Source of the DNA: Acidobacteriota bacterium
Lineage (GTDB): Bacteria; Acidobacteriota; Thermoanaerobaculia; Multivoradales; JAHEKO01
Assembly (NCBI GenBank): GCA_022561975.1
Contig: JADFQD010000003.1
Location: forward strand, 1-63,183
Length of the DNA stretch: 63,183 nucleotides
Reading direction: 5' to 3'
Of the stretch, positions 51,391 through 59,715 are shown piece after piece. A model generated the notes under the pieces. It had not been told where the DNA came from, did not search any database, and was given only the letters and a program-made list of their open reading frames with translations. Both the position numbers and the translations under genes were made by a program. Each line of letters begins with the position of its first letter. The first letter of the stretch is position 1.

Positions 51391-53375
51391 CGCTCGAAGA
51401 GGGTCTGAGATCTCGCATCGCGGCTGTAGCGGCGGTTATTCTGCCGATCTTCGCGCTCGCCGAGATCAACTACCCGCACCTCAGGCCGCAGTCGCAGCTC
51501 GCGATCTTCGCTGGCCTGGGTTTGACGATCTGCTTTCTCGGCGGACGACGAAAACTCGGCGAGCACTCCCCCCTGGCGGCCTTCGGCGACGTGGTCTTGG
51601 CCGCCCTGGCGATTGCCGTGTGCGCCTGGGTCGTGGTTCAGACCGAACCCTTCTTTGAGAACTCCTGGCTTCTCGGATCGTCCCTGGGAGACCGCGCCGG
51701 CGCCGAAACCGGACTCGATTTTCTCATCGGAGCCGTGGGTTTGATCGTGGTGCTCGAGGCCACGCGCAGGACCATCGGCTGGGTGTTGCCGGCCCTTGCG
51801 GGCACGTTTCTTCTCTATGCGTACCTGGGTGCATCGCTCCCCTCCTGGCTGCTCCCCCACCGTGGCTACGGCGTCGAGCGCATCGTGGCGCAGACTTTTC
51901 TCCAGAGCCAGGGAGTCTTTGGCATCGCGCTGCGGGTCATGTTTACCTACGTTTTTCTGTTCGTGCTCTTTGGAGCTCTGCTCGAGGCCACGGGCGCGAC
52001 CGGCTTCATCGTCGAGGCGGCCCGGCGCCTGTTTCGCAAATCCACCGGCGGCGCCGCCAAAGTAGCCGTTCTCTCCAGTGGACTCATGGGGTCGCTTTCG
52101 GGGAGCGCGGTCGCCAACACCGCGACCACCGGCACCTTCACGATTCCGATGATGAGGAGCTCCGGTTTCCCGCGCCATGTCGCCGCCGGGATCGAGGCCG
52201 CGGCCAGTTCGGGCGGTGCGTTGGTGCCCCCGGTGATGGGCGCCGGTGCGTACATGATGCTCGAGATCGTCACGCCTCCGGTGACCTATTTCGAGATCAT
52301 TCGAGCGGCCTTGCTGCCCGCGCTGGTCTACTACTTCTCGATCTTTGCCGTCGTGCATCTGACGGCCCGTCGCTTCAGCGCCCGCGGTCTTACTCGAGAG
52401 ACGCCCGAGGGTGATGACGCGCGAGAGGTCGAGTCGAAATCCCCGCCTGTGATAGCCCGTTACGAGGGCATCGTGTTTCTCTCGGCCCTGGGTGGTCTGG
52501 TGCTGTTTTTGATCATGGGCTTCTCCGTGTTTCGCTCGGTGAGTCTCGCCTTGGGCACGGTGCTCCTGGTCAGCAGCCTTCATAGCCGGACGCGGTTGAG
52601 TTCGGGGCGCCTGCTGGAAGCGGTCTTGAAAGCGGGACGCGATTCGGTGCCGCTGGTCTCGGCCGCGGCCTGTGTCGGCATCGTCATCGGGATCGTGACC
52701 TTGACCGGCATCGGCACGCGTCTGCCGGCTTTGATTCTGCCGTTGGCGCAGAACCACCTGCTGCTTGCTCTGATCGCGATCATGGTCTCGTCGATCATTT
52801 TAGGCATGGGCCTGCCATCGGCGGTTTGCTACCTCTTGATGGCGACCTTGATCGGCCCGGTTCTCGGAAAGCTCGGCGTGGTGCCGCTCGCGGCGCATCT
52901 CTTTATCTTCTACTTCGGCATGATGTCGATGGTGACGCCGCCGGTGGCGCTCGCGGCCTATGCCGCGAGTTCGATCGCGGGTTCGTCGTTCTTGAAGACC
53001 AGCTGGTCCGCATTTCGCTTTGCGCTGGTGGGCTTTGTCCTGCCGTACGTTTTCGTCCTGCGCCCGGCGCTCCTGATGCTCGCACCGGATGGCTCGCGAG
53101 CGCCGTGGGGTGACACGATCGCCGCCCTGGTGATCGCCCTTCTGGGGGTTCTGCCGTTGGCCGCGGCATTGACGGGCCGGCTTTTCACCGAACTCAACCC
53201 GGTCGAGCGCATCGCCTTGTTCGCGGTTGCGATCTTTACACTCCTGCCGGGAGGCACCGGCATGATGGGCAGGAGTTTCGCCTGGTGGAACCTGGTGGCG
53301 ATCGCGCTCTACTTGGCCGCACTGCTCTACGACCGTTCGCGTCGGGTATCGGCGATAGCGATCAGTCGCCCTTGA
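51387..53375 (+). CDS. TRAP transporter fused permease (TAXI-associated)
   Basis: ATGA overlap with the receptor gene. 662 aa polytopic protein. Motifs AKVAVLSSGLMGSLSGSAVANTATTG and GMMSMVTPPVALAAYAA. Confidence 0.9.
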   Translation: MTLEEGLRSRIAAVAAVILPIFALAEINYPHLRPQSQLAIFAGLGLTICFLGGRRKLGEHSPLAAFGDVVLAALAIAVCAWVVVQTEPFFENSWLLGSSLGDRAGAETGLDFLIGAVGLIVVLEATRRTIGWVLPALAGTFLLYAYLGASLPSWLLPHRGYGVERIVAQTFLQSQGVFGIALRVMFTYVFLFVLFGALLEATGATGFIVEAARRLFRKSTGGAAKVAVLSSGLMGSLSGSAVANTATTGTFTIPMMRSSGFPRHVAAGIEAAASSGGALVPPVMGAGAYMMLEIVTPPVTYFEIIRAALLPALVYYFSIFAVVHLTARRFSARGLTRETPEGDDAREVESKSPPVIARYEGIVFLSALGGLVLFLIMGFSVFRSVSLALGTVLLVSSLHSRTRLSSGRLLEAVLKAGRDSVPLVSAAACVGIVIGIVTLTGIGTRLPALILPLAQNHLLLALIAIMVSSIILGMGLPSAVCYLLMATLIGPVLGKLGVVPLAAHLFIFYFGMMSMVTPPVALAAYAASSIAGSSFLKTSWSAFRFALVGFVLPYVFVLRPALLMLAPDGSRAPWGDTIAALVIALLGVLPLAAALTGRLFTELNPVERIALFAVAIFTLLPGGTGMMGRSFAWWNLVAIALYLAALLYDRSRRVSAIAISRP

Positions 53376-56300
53376 GGGCGGGCAGTATCTGAGCAGCGGT
53401 CGCACCGGTCGCACCCACGGTGACCGCGAGTGCGAACGAGCTGGCCAGCATTCCGACAACAAAGACCAGTGCGATGGTCGCCACCAGAGAGACCCCTGGC
53501 AGGTGGTGGCCTGCGGTCAGCAGGTTCGGCAGAACGCCGACGATGCCGGCGAGGGAGCCGATCGCGATGCCGATCAGCAGCAGGACTCCGTTCTCCGCTA
53601 GCACCATTTTGGCCAGCAGGCTCCTGCGGAAGCCGAACGCTTGCAGGGTGGCGAGCTCACCACGGCGCTCGAGAACGTTGCGCAGGAGAACCACACCCAA
53701 ACCGATGGTGCCGAGCAGCAGGCCGAGGCCGCCGAGGGTCTGGAAGGTTGCGATGTAGGTGTTTTCGACGGCTTGGAAGGTCGCTATGCGTTCGGCGGTG
53801 GAGGTGACGTCGAAGCCGAAGCGGTCCAGATTGCCCTCCAGGATCTCGGTGATTTGCGCCTGGGCGGCGTCGTCACCCGGTGGAGACTCGATCAGGAAGA
53901 AGGAGTAGCCGGTCTGGCGGGGAAAATGGGCGAGAAAATTTCGTTCAGAAACCAGGATCTCGCTCTGAAAAACGCTTTTCTTCAGAAGGCCGACGAGGCG
54001 CAGACGCACCTCCTCGCCGTTCTGATCCTCGAGGACCAGGTCTTTGCCGAGGCCGAGGTGAAGGATCCAGACCGCCGAGTTGTAATCGGCGATCGCCGGG
54101 ATCACTCCGGGTTCGAGCTCACGATCGAGAAGCTCCCAGGGGTTCTCGACGTCGTCGGCAGTCGACTGGAAGGCGAAGCCTCCCCGCGCGATCATCTCGG
54201 CCGGGACCCCGAGGACGTTCGGCCGGCCGGGCCGGTAGAGGTTGAGGCAGCTCGCGTCTTCGCCGGGGAGGCGGCGCAGCGGCACGATTCGAGCCGCAGG
54301 CGGGCCGGCGAGAGCGGCCGAATCCTCGCTCGAGAAGCCGAGCTCCGACTGCCGCTCGGGATCGTTCAAGTCAATGTGAATCGGCACGTCGCTTGCGGCC
54401 AGCAGCCGGAAGCCACCCGCGCCGGAGTCGAGGACATCGACATCGACGACCCCGCTTCTGCGATTGGCTCCGACGATGACCAGCAGGAATACCGCGCTCG
54501 CGATCAAGGCGACACTCGCGAGGCTACGCCCGGCGTTGCGAGTGGTGTTGCGTGCGCCCATCGCCAGGACGGGCGTTCGACCTGAGACGCCCGTGAGTTG
54601 ATTGGCCCCGCGTCGAACGCTACGCCGGTCGCCGCGCAGCCTGTGCGCGAAGAAGGCGATGCCGGCGATGAGCAGGAGAAAGCCAATCCCCATGGCGACC
54701 AGCGGCGGGGCCTGCGAGCCCAGGAACGGAGCCGATAGAAGTAGGACGAGCGCCGCTGCTGTGGCAACCGACGCCACCGTCTTGGAAGCAACGCGGGCCG
54801 GCTTCGTGCGCACGGTTTCGACCGCTCCGGCGAGCAGACTCGGCGCCGGGACACGGCGCAGGTTTCGAAGCGCCAGCCAGAGCGTGAAGGCGACGGTCAG
54901 AACCGAGGCCAGCCAGCCGATGGCAAGCGACATCGGCGTCAGGTGAAGTGTGAGCACAGTGGTGCCGACCGCCGACAGCCACCAGGTGCGAAGCGCCGCC
55001 AGCATGGCGGCTGCGTAGCCGGCAGCAGCCGCCACGCCGATCACAGAACCGACGGCAGCCAGCATCAGACCTTCGCCGAGAAAACGCCGTCGAACCTTGG
55101 CCTCCGGGAACCCGACCGCTCGTAGGAGGCCGACCTCGCGCGCGCGTTGCTCGACGGCGAGTCGAAATAGCAGTGCCACCAGAAGAGCCGCGGAACCGAT
55201 CAGGAAGAAGCTCAAGGCCAGAAACAGGCCGCCGAAGTCCGTGGCACCGCGCGCGGCCTCGAGGCCGTCGGCGCGCAGGTCGAGGACCCTCAGTCCACCG
55301 CCGCCTCCGCTTCTTGCTAACCGTCCGGGCAGACTCTCGCGCAGCAGGAGCTCGAGATCCTCGACGGAGCCATTGGAGCCAGTAGAACCATCCGAGACAG
55401 GCGGCGCGGGGGCGATCTCGAGAGTCGTGGTGTGGCCGAACCGGCTGGTCCAGAGCCTGCGGCCGGTGGCCAGAGAGACAAAAGCCTTGGGCGCCGCGCG
55501 GTAGAGGTCCCAGTACTCCTCGTCGCGGTCCCGGATTCGCGCCAGCTCGACCGGAAATGGCGGGTCCCAGGCGGCGATGTCTTCGGCGTCGGCCATGCCG
55601 GGAAAGTCGGGGGTCAGCCCGGCGTCGATTGCCGGCCCGTCCAGGGTCACGACGCCGGCAAGCTCGAGCGTGACGGTGGTCTCCGAAAGCTCGTCGCGGG
55701 CTCCGAGTTCGTAGTAGGTGAGTTCGATCAGTTGGCCGACTTCCATGCCCAGATCTTTGGCGGTCCAGGCGTCGATCAGAATCTGGCCGTCGGAGAGTGC
55801 TGGTGCCGGTTCGCCGCTGGTGAGAGAAAGCTCGGGCAGTTGCGAATCGGCCCCGGAATCGAGTGCCGTGATCGTGCTGTAGGGCACCGAGCCCTTCGAC
55901 GACGTAATCGAGTTGGCGAGGTAGGTCAGCGACGGGCGCAGAGCGAGGTCGTGCTCGCCGGCGAACTCGGTGATCGCTTCGGTGGTGGCATCGGCGAGCA
56001 CAAACTGCCGGCTACCGATGCGGAAGCCGTACTCCGTGGCCGCGAGCGTGAGCGAGAGATCCTCGAGCTCGACGACTTCGGCGAGCAAGTCGGAGACGTC
56101 GGGTATGCTCGCAGTCGACGTTCCTGACACCCCCGGCGCGTCCGCGCCCCACGCCAGCAGAAACGTGTTGACACGCCCCCGGTGGTCTCGCCCCAGAAGC
56201 GCTCTCTGGAGCCGATCCAGCGGGACGAACAGATTGAGCGGCGCGGCTTGTCCGGGGCTGAAACGAAAGCCGCCGGCGCCGGTGTCCGGCACGATGGCCG

Positions 56301-56892
56301 TCACCGCCAAGCGGATGCGTTCGATCGTGTCTTCGGTGTCCTGCCGCCCGACCAGGGTCTCGCGAGGCACTTCCGAGGGTCGCTCGACGGCCACCAGGAT
56401 TACGTCGCCCCTCTCGAGGTCGAGTTCACGGGCCAGCGACTCGTTGACGATGGCACCTGGCGCCCCTGGCACCGACACCGTTATCTGTCCGGCCCGTCTC
56501 TCGGCTTGGCGCTCGAAGTCGAACGGCTCGGTCTTTGGAAAGAGCTCCGAAAAGCCGGAACCGACTCCGAAGACCTGGACTCCCGAGGCTCGCCGCTGCC
56601 GGTGGATTACCGATCCGCGAATCGAGATAATCGGCTCGACGCGAAGGTGGTCCGCGCCTTCTCTCGCGCCCTTTGCAGCAATGGACGCGAGGTCTCCGGC
56701 CAGTTCGCTGCGCACGAAACTGTCGCTGACGATGGCCTGATCCACCTCACCGAGGCGATCCAGGACCAGGTCACTCAGGCTTCCGCGCACCGAATCCCCC
56801 ACGATGAGAGCCCCGGTCAGAACCGCGCAGGCGACCGCTGCACCCAGCGTCACCGCCAGATGGGAGCGCCAGAAGTAGAGTAGGCTTTTCAT
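53362..56892 (-). CDS. duplicated FtsX-domain ABC permease (YbbP/MacB-like), 1176 aa
   Basis: Two TM1-periplasmic domain-FtsX (3 TM) units. Motifs LLRAVGFPEAKVRRRFLGEGL and TLQAFGFRRSLLAKMVLAENG. Confidence 0.85.
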   Translation of the reverse strand: MKSLLYFWRSHLAVTLGAAVACAVLTGALIVGDSVRGSLSDLVLDRLGEVDQAIVSDSFVRSELAGDLASIAAKGAREGADHLRVEPIISIRGSVIHRQRRASGVQVFGVGSGFSELFPKTEPFDFERQAERRAGQITVSVPGAPGAIVNESLARELDLERGDVILVAVERPSEVPRETLVGRQDTEDTIERIRLAVTAIVPDTGAGGFRFSPGQAAPLNLFVPLDRLQRALLGRDHRGRVNTFLLAWGADAPGVSGTSTASIPDVSDLLAEVVELEDLSLTLAATEYGFRIGSRQFVLADATTEAITEFAGEHDLALRPSLTYLANSITSSKGSVPYSTITALDSGADSQLPELSLTSGEPAPALSDGQILIDAWTAKDLGMEVGQLIELTYYELGARDELSETTVTLELAGVVTLDGPAIDAGLTPDFPGMADAEDIAAWDPPFPVELARIRDRDEEYWDLYRAAPKAFVSLATGRRLWTSRFGHTTTLEIAPAPPVSDGSTGSNGSVEDLELLLRESLPGRLARSGGGGGLRVLDLRADGLEAARGATDFGGLFLALSFFLIGSAALLVALLFRLAVEQRAREVGLLRAVGFPEAKVRRRFLGEGLMLAAVGSVIGVAAAAGYAAAMLAALRTWWLSAVGTTVLTLHLTPMSLAIGWLASVLTVAFTLWLALRNLRRVPAPSLLAGAVETVRTKPARVASKTVASVATAAALVLLLSAPFLGSQAPPLVAMGIGFLLLIAGIAFFAHRLRGDRRSVRRGANQLTGVSGRTPVLAMGARNTTRNAGRSLASVALIASAVFLLVIVGANRRSGVVDVDVLDSGAGGFRLLAASDVPIHIDLNDPERQSELGFSSEDSAALAGPPAARIVPLRRLPGEDASCLNLYRPGRPNVLGVPAEMIARGGFAFQSTADDVENPWELLDRELEPGVIPAIADYNSAVWILHLGLGKDLVLEDQNGEEVRLRLVGLLKKSVFQSEILVSERNFLAHFPRQTGYSFFLIESPPGDDAAQAQITEILEGNLDRFGFDVTSTAERIATFQAVENTYIATFQTLGGLGLLLGTIGLGVVLLRNVLERRGELATLQAFGFRRSLLAKMVLAENGVLLLIGIAIGSLAGIVGVLPNLLTAGHHLPGVSLVATIALVFVVGMLASSFALAVTVGATGATAAQILPALKGD

Positions 56893-57011
56893 CTAGGAGT
56901 TTGTCGGGGCAAACCGGCTGTTGAGGCGGATATGAGTTACGACGGTAGCTTATCGAAGAAGGGCATTGGAATGGATATGCTCAAGGCCGGACATTCAGGG
57001 AGGATCGAAGG

Positions 57012-57902
57012 GTGAGCAATCGGGATGACCATAGCCTTCAATTCAAGATTACGCTGAAGGGAGTGCGGCCCCCGATCTGGCGGCGGATTCAGGTTCCCTC
57101 ATCGTATTCATTCTGGGATCTTCACGTGGCGATTCAAGATGCGATGGGGTGGCTCGATTACCATCTGCATGCCTTTCAGCTTCGCAGTCCCGTTGGCGGA
57201 CCTCGCATCGAGATTGGTATTCCTTCGGACGAGCCGTTTCTGGATCTACGTGAGACTCTTCCTGGTTGGGAGATAGCGGTTCCCAGCTACTTCACCCTTT
57301 CCAATCGCAGGGCGACGTACCTGTACGATTTCGGTGACGGCTGGGAGCACTCTGTGGTGCTGGAAAAGATAGAGCCGCTCGAGAACTCGAGAAGCCTTCC
57401 GGTGTGCCTTTCCGGGCGCCGTCACTGCCCTCCCGAGGACTGTGGCGGCATCCGCGGCTACCAGCGTTTCTTGGAGATCATCGGAGATCCGACCCACGAA
57501 GAGCACGAAGACATGCTTGGCTGGGTCGGCGGCTCGTTTGATCCCATGCACTTTGACAAGAACTCGATTCGATTCGACGATCCCGACGAGCGATGGCGGC
57601 TTGCATTTGAGTACGAGTCAGAAGAAATCGAGACGGGCAGAATCCGCGTCGGTGTCGACGAGCGAATCCCGGTGGCGTTGTCGTTTGCGGATCGTCAGCT
57701 GATCATGGACCATGCTCTCGGCGAGCCCGATCTCGTGGACCGACTTCGCCTTAGCGAGATTCGCGACGGCGAGTTACGGGTCGGCTTTACGCTCTCGGAA
57801 CTCGACGAACTACTGGGCTACATCGCTGCCGAGGCCAACCACACAAAAGACGCCACGCTCGAGGATAGCCTTGACGCGCTCTTCGGGAAGCTCAAAGGCT
57901 AG
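57012..57902 (+). CDS. plasmid pRiA4b ORF-3-like family protein
   Basis: GTG after GGGAGG. Motifs FKITLKGVRPPIWRRIQVP, FWDLHVAIQDAMGW, YLYDFGDGWEH, CPPEDCGGIRGY. Many T-ending codons (low GC3). Confidence 0.85.
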   Translation: MSNRDDHSLQFKITLKGVRPPIWRRIQVPSSYSFWDLHVAIQDAMGWLDYHLHAFQLRSPVGGPRIEIGIPSDEPFLDLRETLPGWEIAVPSYFTLSNRRATYLYDFGDGWEHSVVLEKIEPLENSRSLPVCLSGRRHCPPEDCGGIRGYQRFLEIIGDPTHEEHEDMLGWVGGSFDPMHFDKNSIRFDDPDERWRLAFEYESEEIETGRIRVGVDERIPVALSFADRQLIMDHALGEPDLVDRLRLSEIRDGELRVGFTLSELDELLGYIAAEANHTKDATLEDSLDALFGKLKG

Positions 57903-58018
57903 GACGATCGCTACGAGGATGAACTCTCGCCAGGAGTGAACTAGGAATCCGTCGTAGAACCGATCAGAGGCCCTCGGGTGTGAAGTTCGGTACTGCCCCG
58001 AACACACGCTTGCCCTGT

Positions 58019-58696
58019 CTACGAGAGCTTGCCGTCGGCCAGGTCGAGCTTGCGTTCGAATTGGGCGGCCAGCTCCTGATTGTGGGTCACGACGATCAGC
58101 ACGTTGCCGGCATCGCGATGGAGCTCGAACAGGAGCTTGGCGACGGCGTCGGCGTTGGCGCGATCCAGATTGCCGGTGGGCTCGTCGCACAGCACCACTT
58201 TCGGGCTCTGAATCAGTGCGCGCGCCACCGCCGCCCTCTGTCGCTCGCCTCCGGAGAGTTGTGTCGGCCGGTGCCCGAGCCGGTGGCTCAGGCCGACCCG
58301 TTCGAGCAGCTCGAGCGCGGTTGCCTCGGCGGTTTCGGGCGCTGGCGGAAAGGCGAGCGTGGGCAGAAGGACGTTTTCGAGGACGGTGTACTGCGGCAGG
58401 AGATGGTGCTCCTGGAAGATGAAGCCGAGAGTTTGATTGCGGAAACGGGCGAGGTCTTTCTCCTTCAGGTCGAAAGCGCTCGCGCCGTCGATCTCGATCG
58501 TCCCTGACGTCGGGGTATCGAGAGCGCCCAGAAGATGGAGCAAGGTGCTCTTGCCGGACCCCGACGGGCCGGTAATGGCGACCGCCTCGTTTTTGCGAAG
58601 CTCGAAGGAGATGCCATCGAGCACGACCACGGTCTCATCCCCGGTCGAGAAACTCTTGTGCAGATCCCGGACGCGGAGCGCGGCCGCTTCGGTCAT
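58019..58696 (-). CDS. ABC transporter ATPase (LolD/YbbA/MacB-type)
   Basis: Walker A GPSGSGKST, signature LSGGERQR, Walker B VVLCDEPTGNLD. ATGA overlap with the thioesterase stop. Confidence 0.92.
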   Translation of the reverse strand: MTEAAALRVRDLHKSFSTGDETVVVLDGISFELRKNEAVAITGPSGSGKSTLLHLLGALDTPTSGTIEIDGASAFDLKEKDLARFRNQTLGFIFQEHHLLPQYTVLENVLLPTLAFPPAPETAEATALELLERVGLSHRLGHRPTQLSGGERQRAAVARALIQSPKVVLCDEPTGNLDRANADAVAKLLFELHRDAGNVLIVVTHNQELAAQFERKLDLADGKLS

Positions 58697-59148
58697 GGCT
58701 TTCCCCCTGTCTCCGTGTTGGATCTCTTCGAGCGTAGCTTGTCGGCGATGAACGCCGGAATCGGAATCGTCTGGAGACTGCCGTTGTCCTCCAGGACGCA
58801 GCAGACCGAGGACATCGTGCCCTCGGCCACCTGCTCACCCCGGCAGTGGAACTCGAAACGGTAGGTCATCGATTTTGTGCCCTGGCGCTCGACGAACACC
58901 CGAATCTCGAGTTCGTCGCCGAAGCGAACCGGCCGTAAGTACTTGCAGTGGGCATCGACTCGTGGCCAGCCGATCGTCCGGTCGCCATCCTCGAGGTGCA
59001 CCGTGGTGCCGAGCGAGCGTAGCAGCTCGTGCTCGGCGGTCTCCATGAAGATGAAGAATCTGGAGAAGTGAACGTTGCCGCTGACGTCGGTATCGACGAA
59101 CTCGATCCGGCGGCGGTAGGCGTGGACGGGCTTCGCCAAGTCGTTCAT
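58693..59148 (-). CDS. 4HBT/hotdog-fold acyl-CoA thioesterase (YbgC-like)
   Basis: Motifs RRRIEFVDTDVSGNVHFSRFF (catalytic Asp region) and GDELEIRVFVE. Confidence 0.85.
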   Translation of the reverse strand: MNDLAKPVHAYRRRIEFVDTDVSGNVHFSRFFIFMETAEHELLRSLGTTVHLEDGDRTIGWPRVDAHCKYLRPVRFGDELEIRVFVERQGTKSMTYRFEFHCRGEQVAEGTMSSVCCVLEDNGSLQTIPIPAFIADKLRSKRSNTETGGKP

Positions 59149-59196
59149 GAGTCCTCAGAGTACCGGATAGTTTCCGCTACCGGAGCGAAGATCCTC

Positions 59197-59451
59197 TTAG
59201 CGGTAGATGTCGCGCCGGTGCCCGACGTGGAGGACGGTGATTTTCTCCTCTGCGTCGTCGATCTCGTAGACGACCCGATAGTTCCCAACCCGGAGGCGCC
59301 AGCCCTCTCGGCCCACGAGTTTTAGGCAGCCTGGGGGCCTGGGGTCCTCAGCCAAGGCGCGGATTCGATCCCGCACCCGCTCGTAGGAGTCTTTCGGTAG
59401 GCGGGCGAGTTCCTTCTGCGCTCGTCGGAGAACCCAGACCGAGCGGTTCAA
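59197..59451 (-). CDS. relE: RelE/ParE-family type II toxin
   Basis: 84 aa. Motifs AQKELARLPKD, IRALAEDPRPPG, LRVGNYRVVYEIDD...ITVLHVGHRRDIY. TTG start in a TTGA overlap with the antitoxin stop. Confidence 0.85.
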   Translation of the reverse strand: MNRSVWVLRRAQKELARLPKDSYERVRDRIRALAEDPRPPGCLKLVGREGWRLRVGNYRVVYEIDDAEEKITVLHVGHRRDIYR

Positions 59452-59651
59452 CGATGCGCTTTCTCAATCTCAGTGAAGGCCCGCTCCGCGGGGATCGCTT
59501 CGTCGGCTTCAGCCTTGGCGACATCGAAGGCCCGGATCGACTCCAGCTCCTCGAGTTCCTCGAGGAGCCGCTCGTAGTCCTCTATCAGTAGGATCACTTC
59601 GGTCCTGTTGCCCTGATCGTCAACTACAAAGCGTTCGCTGACCTTGGACAT
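59448..59651 (-). CDS. type II antitoxin (Phd/YefM-RelB-like)
   Basis: 67 aa, acidic. GGAGG lies 8 nt before the ATG. EVILLIEDYERLLEELEELES. Translationally coupled to the toxin. Confidence 0.7.
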   Translation of the reverse strand: MSKVSERFVVDDQGNRTEVILLIEDYERLLEELEELESIRAFDVAKAEADEAIPAERAFTEIEKAHR

Positions 59652-59715
59652 CACCCTAGCCTCCGCCCATCAATCTAGCACGATCGACGGCCCTTTCTTG
59701 TATCGGGCGAGGCCC

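Noticed and set aside
56893-57957. Possible terminal repeats around the pRiA4b-like gene: TTACGACGG (56937-56945) versus CCGTCGTAG (57949-57957), and CTAGGA at 56893 and 57941.
   Set aside because: Matches of 6-8 nt between two ~120-nt flanks are expected by chance. They are not evidence of a transposon or target-site duplication.
57979-58010. Weak hairpin (GTTCGG-TACTGCC-CCGAAC) between the convergent pRiA4b-like and ABC ATPase genes as a bidirectional terminator. Similar 5-7-bp hairpins occur at 6297-6311, 8656-8672 and 22136-22165.
   Set aside because: The stems are short and lack U-tracts. They are plausible but not distinguishable from background in GC-rich DNA.
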